Below are positions 1-9,164 of a stretch of DNA of 64,000 nt, piece after piece; position 1 is the first letter of the stretch; every line of letters starts with the position of its first letter. The notes below the pieces were generated by a model, which had not been told where the DNA came from, made no database searches, and worked only from the letters and a program-made list of their open reading frames with translations. The DNA comes from Actinomycetales bacterium (GTDB lineage: Bacteria > Actinomycetota > Actinomycetes > Actinomycetales > Dermatophilaceae): NCBI GenBank assembly GCA_038237075.1, contig JBBRZC010000001.1:2959-66958 (forward strand). Reading direction: 5' to 3'. A program made the position numbers and the translations under genes.

Positions 1-260
1 CCCGCGCCTCGATCGAGAAGCGCGGCAAGCGGATCAAGGAGCCGCCCCAGCGCTACAAGGGCCTCGGCGAGATGGACGCCGACCAGCTGGCCGACACGAC
101 CATGGACCCGCGGCACCGCACGCTGCGCCGGGTGACCCTCGGCGAGGCGCAGCGCGCCGAGGAGGTCTTCGACCTGCTCATGGGCACCGACGTCGCGCCC
201 CGCAAGGACTTCATCATCGACTCCGCCGCAGCCCTCGACCGGGCCCGCATCGACGCCTGA
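1..260 (+). CDS. parE: Type II topoisomerase subunit B (topoisomerase IV ParE / GyrB-like), C-terminal part; 5' end outside window
   Basis: Frame 3 reads ...QRYKGLGEMDADQLADTTMDPRHRTLRRV...LMGTDVAPRKDFI, the C-terminal RYKGLGEM motif of GyrB/ParE; a cognate A subunit lies at 12327-14783. Confidence 0.9.
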   Translation, partial: RASIEKRGKRIKEPPQRYKGLGEMDADQLADTTMDPRHRTLRRVTLGEAQRAEEVFDLLMGTDVAPRKDFIIDSAAALDRARIDA

Positions 261-364
261 CGATGTGGACGTCCGCCGGGGCCTGACACCGGGTCCGTCT
301 ACGATGAGGCGCGTCGGCGACGTCCGACGCCCGTCGTCCGACGCCCGAGCAGGGGAGGTCCTCC

Positions 365-1537
365 GTGGAGCAGCCGTCCCATCCGTCCGAACCCGCCGCC
401 CCGCCCGAGGAGCACTGGGCGGGCACGACGGCGACGGCGGCGCCCGAGGCCTCGCCCGCTCCTGCCCCCCAGGCGCCCAAGCCGCCCGCGACAGATGAGC
501 CGCCCGCGACAGATGAGCCGCCCGTGGCGCCCGAGCCGCTCCGACAGCCCTCCGGCCCGATCCTCTCCCGCGACGAGGTCGCGTGGGCTCAGGAGGCACT
601 GCACCGGGTCTCGCAGGCGTTCGGCGGCAAGGTCGTCGGCCAGGTGCGCCTCCAGGAGACCCTCCTCATCGGCCTGCTCACCGGTGGCCACATCCTCCTC
701 GAGTCGGTGCCCGGGCTGGCCAAGACCACGGCGGCCTCGACACTCGCCGGCGCCGTGCACGGCAGCTTCAAGCGCATCCAGTGCACGCCCGACCTGCTGC
801 CCAGCGACATCGTCGGCACCCAGATCTACGACCAGGCGAACGCGACGTTCAAGACGCAGCTCGGCCCGGTCCACGCGAACTTCGTCCTGCTCGACGAGAT
901 CAACCGCTCCTCGGCCAAGACCCAGTCCGCGATGCTCGAGGCGATGCAGGAGCGTCAGACCTCGATCGGCGGCACGATCTACCCGCTGCCCGAGCCGTTC
1001 CTCGTCCTCGCCACGCAGAACCCCATCGAGCAGGAGGGCACCTATGTCCTGCCCGAGGCCCAGCTCGACCGGTTCATGCTCAAAGACGTCCTCGACTACC
1101 CGACCCTCGAGGAGGAGGCCGAGGTCCTCTACCGGATCGACGCCGGCGTCTTTCGCGAGGACCAGGCACCGGTCATCGGCATGGACGACGTGCGCCACCT
1201 CCAAGCGGTGACCCGCCGGGTCTACGTCGACCCGGCGATCGTCCGGTATGCCGTGGGCCTGGTCTACGTGACCCGGCACGCCGAGCGCTACATCGACACG
1301 GCGCTCGCCCGGTTCATCGAGTTCGGCGCCAGCCCGCGCGGCAGCATCGCGTTCGTCCAGGCGGCCCGGGCCCGGGCGCTCCTCGCCGGCCGCGACCACG
1401 TCGTGCCCGACGATATCAAGGCGCTGGCCCACCGGGTGCTGCGCCACCGGGTCGTCCTCGGCTTCGAGGCCGTGGCCGAGGACGTCATGGTCGAGTCGGT
1501 CATCGACGCCCTCCTCGCGACGGTGCGCACTCCCTGA
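365..1537 (+). CDS. moxR: MoxR-family AAA+ ATPase
   Basis: Walker A variant ESVPGLAKT, RIQCTPDLLPSD, Walker B LLDEINR, ATQNPIEQEGTY..PEAQLDRF; Pro/Ala-rich N-terminal extension. Confidence 0.95.
   Translation: MEQPSHPSEPAAPPEEHWAGTTATAAPEASPAPAPQAPKPPATDEPPATDEPPVAPEPLRQPSGPILSRDEVAWAQEALHRVSQAFGGKVVGQVRLQETLLIGLLTGGHILLESVPGLAKTTAASTLAGAVHGSFKRIQCTPDLLPSDIVGTQIYDQANATFKTQLGPVHANFVLLDEINRSSAKTQSAMLEAMQERQTSIGGTIYPLPEPFLVLATQNPIEQEGTYVLPEAQLDRFMLKDVLDYPTLEEEAEVLYRIDAGVFREDQAPVIGMDDVRHLQAVTRRVYVDPAIVRYAVGLVYVTRHAERYIDTALARFIEFGASPRGSIAFVQAARARALLAGRDHVVPDDIKALAHRVLRHRVVLGFEAVAEDVMVESVIDALLATVRTP
481..524 (+). repeat. In-frame 18-bp tandem duplication (PPATDE x2) in the moxR N-terminal extension
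   Basis: gccgcccgcgacagatga at 481-498 and 499-516, plus a partial third copy. Confidence 0.8.
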
Positions 1538-1552
1538 CGGGAGGACACCGGC

Positions 1553-2437
1553 ATGGCTGCGCTGCTGACCCGGGTGAAGAGCAAGCTCTTCATCATCGCC
1601 CGCCGCAAGACGTGGGGGCTGCTCGACGGCGAGTACGCCTCGGTCTTCCGCGGACGCAGCCTCGACTACGACGACCTGCGCGACTATGTGCCCGGTGACG
1701 AGGTGCGCGACATCGACTGGAAGGCCACCGCGCGGCATGGGCCGCCGCTGGTCAAGCGCTACGTCGCCACCCGCAGGCAGACGGTCCTGTTCGTCGTCGA
1801 CACGGGCCGCGGCATGGCCGCCAGCGCCGCCGGGGGAGAGGCCAAGTCGGCGGTCGCGATCATGGCCTGCGGGATGCTCGGCTACCTCGCGATCCGGCAC
1901 GGCGACCTCGTCGCGCTCGTCGAGGGCGACGCCGGCCAGAGCCGGCCACATCCCGCGAAGGCAACCGAGGCCCACCTCGAGCGGCTGCTGCGCACCATCG
2001 AGAGACGGACGAGCCTCGCGGGCGCCCCGAGCCGGCTGCGCGAGCAGCTCCAGTTCGTCGCCCGGCACTACCGCCAGCGGCTGCTTCTCGTCGTCGTGGC
2101 CGACGACCACGAGGTCGACGCCGCCGACGAGGTGCTCGTCCGCCGGCTGCACGCGCAGCACGAGATCCTCTGGGTCACCGTGGCGGACGCCGACCCGACG
2201 AGCGCCGGCTCCGGCCAGGACGCCGTCGACGTCGGTGACGACCTCGTGCTCCCGCCGGAGGTGCGCTTCGACGCGCGGCTCCACACGGCATACGCGACCG
2301 CCCTGCAGGCTCGCCGCGAGACCCTCGAGCGCACCCTCGACCGGCTCGCCATCGTCCACGCCCGGGTGGGCCACACGGACGAGGTCATGGGCACAGTGTT
2401 CCGCCTCTTGGAGGGACAGCGCCGCCGTGTCCGCTGA
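1553..2437 (+). CDS. DUF58 domain protein (MoxR-associated)
   Basis: GRSLDYDDLRDYVPGDEVRDIDWKATAR signature; directly after moxR. Confidence 0.92.
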   Translation: MAALLTRVKSKLFIIARRKTWGLLDGEYASVFRGRSLDYDDLRDYVPGDEVRDIDWKATARHGPPLVKRYVATRRQTVLFVVDTGRGMAASAAGGEAKSAVAIMACGMLGYLAIRHGDLVALVEGDAGQSRPHPAKATEAHLERLLRTIERRTSLAGAPSRLREQLQFVARHYRQRLLLVVVADDHEVDAADEVLVRRLHAQHEILWVTVADADPTSAGSGQDAVDVGDDLVLPPEVRFDARLHTAYATALQARRETLERTLDRLAIVHARVGHTDEVMGTVFRLLEGQRRRVR

Positions 2438-2900
2438 CGACTTCTACCCGCCGATGCCCTACTCGCCGCTGTGGCTCGCCATCGGCATCGTCATCATCGC
2501 CGCCATCGGCGGGTGGGCGCTCGTGATCTGGGCGCAGACCCGCCCCCCACGGCCGGTGCCGGTGCCTGCCGAGCCTCCCGGCTGGCGGCTCGAGCGCCTG
2601 CGGGCCGGCGCCCTGGCCCGGGTCGACGAGATCGTGCGCCTGGCGCAGGACGACGAGCTGACCGCTCGGCGGGCGCACCAGGAGCTCAGTGTCGCCGTCC
2701 GGCAGTTCGTCGAGGAGGCCTCCGGGCTCGCGGCCCCCACGATGACCCTCACCGAGCTCTACCGCAGCGGTGAGCCGGCCCTGCGGCCGGTCACCGACGT
2801 CGTGCTGCGGCTCTACCCCGCCGAGTTCGGGCCCGGCGCGGGAGCCAGCCTCCTCGAGGCCGCTCGTGTCGCCCGTGGGGTGGTGGCCCGGTGGACCTGA
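2427..2900 (+). CDS. Membrane-anchored hypothetical protein of the MoxR/VWA operon
   Basis: GTG at 2427 overlaps the DUF58 end; N-terminal hydrophobic helix LWLAIGIVIIAAIGGWALVIW; typical position in bat-like operons. Confidence 0.75.
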   Translation: MSADDFYPPMPYSPLWLAIGIVIIAAIGGWALVIWAQTRPPRPVPVPAEPPGWRLERLRAGALARVDEIVRLAQDDELTARRAHQELSVAVRQFVEEASGLAAPTMTLTELYRSGEPALRPVTDVVLRLYPAEFGPGAGASLLEAARVARGVVARWT

Positions 2901-3868
2901 CCCAGCAATGGGTCGTCGCGCCCGCTCTGCTCGCCCTGGCGCTCGTCGCCGGGGGTGTCTGGTGGCGGCTGCGGCGGCGCCGCCCGGCCGAGCGCGTCGC
3001 GGTCGCCAACACCGACCTGCTCCGCGGCCTGCCGCAGTACCGCCACGCCGTGCGGGCGCACCGGCTCCGCACTCTCGCGGTCGCGGTCGCCGCGGCAACG
3101 GTCGGGCTGGCCGCCGTCCTTGGTGCGGCGCGCCCCGTAGAGCGCAGCGTGGTCACCACCGCGAAGGACAACCGCGACATCGTCCTGTGCCTCGACGTGT
3201 CGGGGTCGATGATCGACGTCGACGCCGCAGTCGTCGCGACGTTCCGGCGGCTGGCCGAGGGTTTCAAGGGTGAGCGGATGTCGCTGGTGATCTTCAACAG
3301 CTCGGCGGTGCCGGTCTTCCCGCTCACCGACGACGACCACTTCGTCGCCGACGAGCTCCGGCAGGCGGAGCGGGCTCTCGACACCGTCGACCCCGAGGAC
3401 CCGTTCTTCGCCGGGACCCTCAACGGCGACGGCAGCTCGCTCATCGGCGACGGACTCGCCACCTGCGTGCGCAGCTTCGACCACCCCGAGCTGAAGCGGG
3501 CGCGCTCGGTCATCCTCGCCTCCGACAACGAGGCCGCCGGAAAGTCGCTGTTCAGCCTGGGCGAGGCCGGACAGCTGGCCACCACCGGGGGCATCCAGAT
3601 CTACGGCATCAACCCCTCGGACACCCCGGCTTCGTCCCCGGCCCGCGAGATGCGCTCGGTCGTCGAGGCCACCGGCGGGACCTACTACGCCCTCAGCGAC
3701 ACCTCGTCGGTGTCGCGGACACTCGAGGCCGTGACGTCCCGCGAGGCGGCCCGCATCCCCTCCGCCCCCCAGCTCGTCGTCCATGACGCGCCCGCCCTGC
3801 CACTCGCGATGGCCTCGTCAGGGCTTCTCGCGCTCCTCGTCCTGCGCCGGAGCAGGTGGCGCCCATGA
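2891..3868 (+). CDS. VWA domain membrane protein (BatA-like)
   Basis: MIDAS motif CLDVSGSM; N- and C-terminal TM segments; overlaps neighbours. Confidence 0.88.
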   Translation: MDLTQQWVVAPALLALALVAGGVWWRLRRRRPAERVAVANTDLLRGLPQYRHAVRAHRLRTLAVAVAAATVGLAAVLGAARPVERSVVTTAKDNRDIVLCLDVSGSMIDVDAAVVATFRRLAEGFKGERMSLVIFNSSAVPVFPLTDDDHFVADELRQAERALDTVDPEDPFFAGTLNGDGSSLIGDGLATCVRSFDHPELKRARSVILASDNEAAGKSLFSLGEAGQLATTGGIQIYGINPSDTPASSPAREMRSVVEATGGTYYALSDTSSVSRTLEAVTSREAARIPSAPQLVVHDAPALPLAMASSGLLALLVLRRSRWRP

Positions 3869-4932
3869 GCCTCGCCCCGCTCGCCCCGTGGCCGCTGCTC
3901 GTCGTCCTGGCGGGACTCGCCGCCCTGCTCGTCTGGTGGCCCGCCGGGCGACGAGAACGTGCCGAGTCCCTGACGGCCCGCGCTCGGCGCACGGCAATGG
4001 TCGGGGTGCTCCTCGTCGCGGCCCTGCGGCCCGGACTGCCCGGCACCGACGTCACCGTCGACGCGGCCGACCTCGACGTCTACTTCCTCGCCGACACGAC
4101 GACGTCGGTGATGGCGCAGGACTACGCGGGCACCCGCCCCCGGATCGAGGGGGTCCGGGCCGACCTCAAGGGGATCGCTGCGCAGCTGCCCGGCGCGCGC
4201 TACACCCTGCTCACCTTCGACCATCAGACGGTGACCCGACTGCCCCTGACGAGCGACGGGGCCGCACTCGCCGCAGCCGCCGACACGCTCGTCGCCGAGA
4301 CCTCCGCGTGGTCACAGGGCAGCAGTGTCACCGTGGCGAGGACGGCGCTGCGCGAGGCGCTGGAGCGGGGCCGCAAGGCCCACCCCGAGCGCGCCCGGCT
4401 CGTGTTCTACCTCGGTGACGGCGAGCAGACGGCGCCGGATCCCCCGGAGCCGTTCGACGTCGACGCCGCCCTCGTCAACGGCGGTGCCGTGCTCGGCTAC
4501 GGCACTGCGGAGGGGGGCGCCATGGAGCAGACCGGCACCCGGAGTGGTGGGCACGTGCTCGACCCGGCCACCGGCCAGCCGGCTCGCTCCGCCATCGACG
4601 AGCGGCAGCTCGGGGCGATCGCCGCGCAGCTCGCCCTGCCCTACCTTCACCGCACGAGCGACGACGGCGCGGCCGCCGTCGTGGACCGGGTCGGCCTCAA
4701 GGAGCTCGGGTCGCTGTCGAGCGGCGACTCGACCCGCAGCGTCGGCGGCAGGACGGAGCTGTCCTGGGTGCTCCTGCTCGCTCTCGTGCTGCTCGCTGCC
4801 TGGGAGCTCGGCGCCGCCGTTGCCGGCCTGTCCCCGGCCCGCCGACCCCGCACGACGCGCGCCGGCTCGAGCGGAGCGGCCGGCTCGAGCGGCGACCCGG
4901 TCCTGGCCCACTCGGAAGGACCCGCCCGATGA
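3865..4932 (+). CDS. VWA domain membrane protein (BatB-like)
   Basis: ATGA overlap at 3865; MIDAS-like ADTTTSV, FYLGDGE, GYGT..GG motif; TM helices. Confidence 0.85.
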   Translation: MSLAPLAPWPLLVVLAGLAALLVWWPAGRRERAESLTARARRTAMVGVLLVAALRPGLPGTDVTVDAADLDVYFLADTTTSVMAQDYAGTRPRIEGVRADLKGIAAQLPGARYTLLTFDHQTVTRLPLTSDGAALAAAADTLVAETSAWSQGSSVTVARTALREALERGRKAHPERARLVFYLGDGEQTAPDPPEPFDVDAALVNGGAVLGYGTAEGGAMEQTGTRSGGHVLDPATGQPARSAIDERQLGAIAAQLALPYLHRTSDDGAAAVVDRVGLKELGSLSSGDSTRSVGGRTELSWVLLLALVLLAAWELGAAVAGLSPARRPRTTRAGSSGAAGSSGDPVLAHSEGPAR

Positions 4933-5690
4933 GCACGCTGACCACCCAGCGGCCCCGGCCGAGCCCCTCGCATCTCCCCGGAAGGGCGGAGACCGAGCAG
5001 GCCAGAGCTGCGAGGCTGGCGTTGCGTCGCCGGCTCGTCGTCGGGTCGCTGCCCGGCGTCGCCGTGCTGCTCCTCGTCGCCCTCAAGCTCCTCACCATGG
5101 TCGCCGCCGGGGCAGCCGCCGGGAACGCGTATGCCGCGGGCAACATCACCGGCGTCGAGCAGGCCGCTGCACGGATGGGCTTCCTCAACATCATCGAGAG
5201 CTACAAGGCGCCGTTCGCCCGGGGCGACGGGCGCGTCCTGGTGGGCGACTTCGACGGTGCGCGGGCGGCATATGAGGAGGCGCTGGCGATGGCGCCCCGC
5301 GACGCCGTGGCCGCCTGCAAGATCCGGGTCAACCTCGTCCTCAGCCTCGAGAAGCTCGGCGACGCCGCAGGCTCCGCGTCGGGCGCGCCAGCGGCCAAAC
5401 CGTTTTTCGACCGGGTCCAGCAGGTCGTGGACGGAGCACCGAAGGGGTGTTTCCAGCCGCAGGCCGGCGACGCAGGCCAGCGGCTCACCGACGCCCGCTC
5501 CCGGGCCCAGGCGAAGAGCCAGCCGCAGCCGGGACCCCAGAGCCCGCCGGACCCGAACCAGCAGCCGGCCCCGAGCCAGGACAAGCAGCAGCAGCTGGAC
5601 GACAAGACGAAGGACAACCAGCAGCAGCGCTCGCAGTCTGAACAGAACCGTCCCGGGGGCTCACGGCCCCCGGCCGCGAAGCCCTGGTGA
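4929..5690 (+). CDS. TPR-like membrane-anchored protein with Gln/Pro-rich tail (BatC-like)
   Basis: ATGA overlap; TM segment; Ala-rich helical repeats (GDFDGARAAYEEAL); QPQPGPQ/QQQ tail ending KPW. Confidence 0.75.
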   Translation: MSTLTTQRPRPSPSHLPGRAETEQARAARLALRRRLVVGSLPGVAVLLLVALKLLTMVAAGAAAGNAYAAGNITGVEQAAARMGFLNIIESYKAPFARGDGRVLVGDFDGARAAYEEALAMAPRDAVAACKIRVNLVLSLEKLGDAAGSASGAPAAKPFFDRVQQVVDGAPKGCFQPQAGDAGQRLTDARSRAQAKSQPQPGPQSPPDPNQQPAPSQDKQQQLDDKTKDNQQQRSQSEQNRPGGSRPPAAKPW

Positions 5691-5858
5691 GCCGCTCACC
5701 TGTCGGCCGCGGTTCACAGGCCCTGCCTACGTCGGCGACAGCAGCATCGCAGCACGTGCCCGAGGGCGCGGGAGGCGGCGACCCCGCCTTCTGGGTACCG
5801 GGGCTGACGCCCACGTGGCGGGCCGCCGTCGGCTGAGCGCTGCACGGGGCCGCCCAGG

Positions 5859-5936
5859 GCCACCGATGGGCGCTGAGTCCATGGGATCCCATGGACTCAG
5901 CACGCATTACGTGGAGCGCTGTGACGGCTGTGGCGA
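5859..5936 (+). repeat. Dispersed palindromic (REP/MITE-like) element, copy 1
   Basis: Perfect 30-bp palindrome gctgagtccatgggatcccatggactcagc at 5872-5901; about 77% ungapped identity to the reverse complement of 29225-29302. Confidence 0.85.
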
Positions 5937-6084
5937 GTGTGGCCGCAGTGACGGCGGGAGCCGGAGGTTGGCCGTGCGCGGCGAGTGCCGCTTGACACCC
6001 AGGGACCTTGTTCTGGAACCGCCCCGCTTGAGGAGCACGGCATCCGGGGCGAGCGCCTAGGCGGAGAGAGGTCGGACCTAGTGT

Positions 6085-6100
6085 GGCTATACTTGTAGCC
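6085..6100 (+). promoter_or_regulatory. Leaderless -10 (TATACT 6088-6093) inside an inverted repeat; probable TA operator
   Basis: ggcta-tacttg-tagcc; -10 hexamer is 7 nt upstream of ATG 6101. Confidence 0.65.
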
Positions 6101-6382
6101 ATGGCCGTGAATCCGCAGATGGCGCTCAAGGACGTCAGGAACCACCTCTCGGAGGTCGTCGACCAGGTCGAGCGCCAGCACGACCGTGTCGTGATCACCA
6201 AGCACGGTCGACCGGCTGCCATCGTCATGAGCATCGACGACGTCGAGTCGCTGGAGGAGACTCTTGACGTCATGAGCAGCCCGCGGCTCGTCTCGCAGAT
6301 CCGCGACAGCTTGGCCGGCCTCGCCAACGACGACGCCGAGGTGCTGAGCAAGGACGAAGTCCTCGACCTGTTGCGTTCCTAG
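6101..6382 (+). CDS. Phd/YefM family antitoxin
   Basis: LKDVRNHLSEVVDQVERQHDRVVITKHGRPAAIVMS...LEETL pattern; small acidic protein upstream of a toxin gene. Confidence 0.92.
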   Translation: MAVNPQMALKDVRNHLSEVVDQVERQHDRVVITKHGRPAAIVMSIDDVESLEETLDVMSSPRLVSQIRDSLAGLANDDAEVLSKDEVLDLLRS

Positions 6383-6387
6383 CCGCG

Positions 6388-6654
6388 ATGGCCCATGACG
6401 TCGCCTGGTCACCCACGGCGAAGCGGGCCGTGCTCAGGCTGCCCGAGAAGGTCGCGACTGCGGTCGCAGAGCTCATCTACGGCCCGCTTGGCGACAACCC
6501 TCGACGCGTCGGCAAGGCCCTGAGGTTCGATCTGGAGGGCCTGCACAGCGCCCGCCGCGGCGACTTTCGCGTCATCTACCGCATCTCGGAAGGACCCGCT
6601 CGCGTCACTGTTGTCGCCATCGAGCACCGCGCCGACGCCTACCGTTCCCGGTGA
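6388..6654 (+). CDS. RelE/ParE family toxin
   Basis: 88 aa, basic; GKALRFDLEGLHSARRGDFRVIYRI...HRADAYR pattern; 5 bp after the antitoxin. Confidence 0.9.
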   Translation: MAHDVAWSPTAKRAVLRLPEKVATAVAELIYGPLGDNPRRVGKALRFDLEGLHSARRGDFRVIYRISEGPARVTVVAIEHRADAYRSR

Positions 6655-6723
6655 GCCGTGGAGGCGACCTCCACCTCGCCCGCTGCCCGCTGGCGCCGAC
6701 ACCCCGTGGTGCAGGATGGCCGC

Positions 6724-7605
6724 ATGACCCTCTCGGCGCGGTTCGGCGCCCTTCCCGACGGCCGGCCGGTGACGGCATACACTCTTGTCGCGCAGGGGAG
6801 CCCGCGCCTGCGAGTGTTCGACCTCCGCGCGGCGGTGCAGGCCCTGCGGATGCCCGGGGACCTGGCGGCTTGCGCGGCGGCGACGCGAGCATCGTCCTCG
6901 GCCATGCCGGCGTCGAGGGGTATGCCGCGGAGCCGACCGCGTTCCATGGCGCCGTTGTCGGGCGCTACGCCAACCGCATCGCCGGCGCCCGATTCTCCCT
7001 CGACGGCACGCTCCACCGGCTGGACGCGTACGAGGGCGACACCTGCCAGCACGGGGGCGCCGACGGCTTCCACCGACGGAACTGGTCGCTCGTCGCCGTC
7101 GACGAGTCGAGCGTCACCCTCCGGCTCGTGAGCCCGGACGGCGACCGGGGCTTCCCGGGCGAGCTCACCGCCGAGGCGAGGTATGCCGTCGCCCGCGGTC
7201 GCGTCGTCGTCGAGCTCACGGTCACGACCATCGCGCCGACCGTGGTCAGCCTCGCGGGCCACGCCCACTTCAACCTTTGCGGGGGAGGGGCGTGGCTCCG
7301 TCGACGGGCACCTGCTGACGGTCGATACCGACGCCTACCTGCCCATCGACGCGGTGTCGCTCCCGGTGGGAGGCCCGAGCGACGTCCGTGGCACCCCCGT
7401 CGACCTCACCACCCCGGCCGAGCTCGGCGCCCGGTCCGCGACGCGCATCCGCAGGTCACGGCGCCGATACCGGTCAGGGGGACGGCATCGCCCGGGAGAC
7501 GCAGCGGCATCCGACGCGCCGAACCAGGACTGGTTGCCGTCGCCGGTGCCGCGGCCGGGGGAGGCGTACCGGTCCCGCACCAAGTGGCCCCACGGCGCCC
7601 GGTGA
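6724..7605 (+). pseudogene. galM: Aldose 1-epimerase (galactose mutarotase) pseudogene
   Basis: Motifs are split over three frames: FGALPDGRPVTAYTL; GAVVGRYANRIAGARF..QHGG..GDRGFPG..HAHFNL; LPVGGPSDVRGTP..DAPN..PGEAYRS. Frameshifts near 6870 and 7277, more near the 3' end, plus an internal deletion. Confidence 0.85.
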
Positions 7606-7633
7606 CGGCTCGGTGACGGCTCGGTGACGGCTC
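7600..7633 (+). repeat. 11-bp tandem repeat x3 (cggtgacggct) at the galM/xylB convergent junction
   Basis: cggtgacggct cggtgacggct cggtgacggct c read directly. Confidence 0.9.
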
Positions 7634-7640
7634 AGGCGCC

Positions 7641-9101
7641 TCAGGTGGCGGCCCGCAGGAACGCCGCCACCTCCCGGGCTGCGACGCGGTAGCGCTGGAG
7701 CACCCCGGGCGTGGGGTCGGCCGAGATCGTCTGCGACTCACCCGTCTGCCAGGCGGGTGGCTCATTCGTACCGGAGAGGACCCAGGCTGCCTGGCGGGCC
7801 GCGCCGTCCGCCACGTACTCGCCGGGCGTCGGCACTGTGACCGGCACGCCGAGCACCGCTGGCGCGAGGGCCCGCACGGCGCGGGACCGGGCTCCGCCGC
7901 CGACGAGGGTGACGTGCTCGATCGTGACCCCCTGCTCGCGGACCGCCTCGAGGCCGTCCGCGAGAAGGCACAGGAGGCCCTCGACGGCCGCGCGGGCGAG
8001 GTTCTCCCGCGTCATCGAGGTGAGCGTCATTCCCCAGAGGGACCCCGTGGCCGTGGGCAGGTTGGGGGTGCGCTCGCCTTCGAGGTAGGGCACATGGACG
8101 AGGCCCTGCGCCCCTGAGTCTGCGGCGAGGGCGAGGTCGCTGAGGCCCTCGTGGTCGACGCCGAGCACCCGGGCGGCGGCGTCGAGGACGCGGGACCCGT
8201 TGAGGGTGCAGGCCAGCGGGAGGAACCGCCCCGTCGCGTCGGCGAACCCGGCGACGGCGCCGCTCGGGTCCGACGTCGTGGTGGCCGAAACCGCCGCGAC
8301 GACCCCGGACGTGCCGAGCGAGACCGACGTCTCGCCCTCCCGCAGGCCCAGCCCGAGCGCGGCGCCGGCGTTGTCACCGGCACCGGGCCCGAGGAGGACG
8401 TGCCCGAGGCCCCGGCGTCCATCCCCGTGCCCGGCCTCGTCGTGCGGACCGAGGACGCGCGGCAGGACGAGCGAGGCGACCGCGTCCTCGTCGCGCCGCA
8501 GCGCGAGCGCGAGGAGGTCGCGGCGGTAGTGCCCCGACACGGCATCGAAGTAGCCGGTGCCCGACGCGTCCGAGCGGTCGGTGACGAGGGTGTCCAGGGA
8601 TGTGGCGCCCGCGAGGCGCCACGTCAGCCAGTCGTGCGGCAGGGCGACGGCCGCGACGCGGGCCGCGGCCTCAGGTTCGTGGTCGGCGAGCCACCGCAGC
8701 TTGGTGATGGTGAAGGAGGCGACCGGCACCGACCCGACGGCGTCGGCCCACCGTCGCGCGCCCTCCTGCGAGTCGCGGTCACCGAGCTCGGCGACGAGCT
8801 GCGTGGCGGCCGGCGCCGAGCGGGTGTCGTTCCACAGCAGGGCCGGCCGGACGACCTGCCCCTGCGCGTCGAGGCACACCATGCCGTGCTGCTGACCGCC
8901 GACCGAGAGCGCCTCGACGTCGTCGAGTCCCCCCGCCTGCTCGAGCGCCTGCTCCAGCGCGTGCCACCACTCCTGGGGGTCGACCTCCGTGCCCGGGGGA
9001 TGCGGTGCCGAGCCCTGACGCACGAGGCGCCCGGTCTCGGCGTCGCGGATGACGATCTTGCAGGACTGGGTCGAGGAGTCGATGCCGACGACGAGGCTCA
9101 C
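7641..9101 (-). CDS. xylB: Xylulokinase (FGGY carbohydrate kinase)
   Basis: [52 protein letters not shown] motifs. Confidence 0.92.
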   Translation of the reverse strand: MSLVVGIDSSTQSCKIVIRDAETGRLVRQGSAPHPPGTEVDPQEWWHALEQALEQAGGLDDVEALSVGGQQHGMVCLDAQGQVVRPALLWNDTRSAPAATQLVAELGDRDSQEGARRWADAVGSVPVASFTITKLRWLADHEPEAAARVAAVALPHDWLTWRLAGATSLDTLVTDRSDASGTGYFDAVSGHYRRDLLALALRRDEDAVASLVLPRVLGPHDEAGHGDGRRGLGHVLLGPGAGDNAGAALGLGLREGETSVSLGTSGVVAAVSATTTSDPSGAVAGFADATGRFLPLACTLNGSRVLDAAARVLGVDHEGLSDLALAADSGAQGLVHVPYLEGERTPNLPTATGSLWGMTLTSMTRENLARAAVEGLLCLLADGLEAVREQGVTIEHVTLVGGGARSRAVRALAPAVLGVPVTVPTPGEYVADGAARQAAWVLSGTNEPPAWQTGESQTISADPTPGVLQRYRVAAREVAAFLRAAT

Positions 9102-9164
9102 AAGTGCATCATCCTCTCGTTCGACGTGCTGGACGGGCCGCCCGGTCGGCGCGACGATGGAGCC

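Noticed and set aside
4861-4895. Short in-frame duplications in low-complexity tails (GSSGAA here; 27781-27826 in DUF3710; TQF x2 near 25730)
   Set aside because: Ordinary slippage in disordered protein ends; no sign of a functional array.
5872-5901. Cloning-linker artefact (NcoI-BamHI-NcoI sites in the palindrome)
   Set aside because: Two diverged copies with compensatory changes and homologous natural flanks argue for a genomic element.
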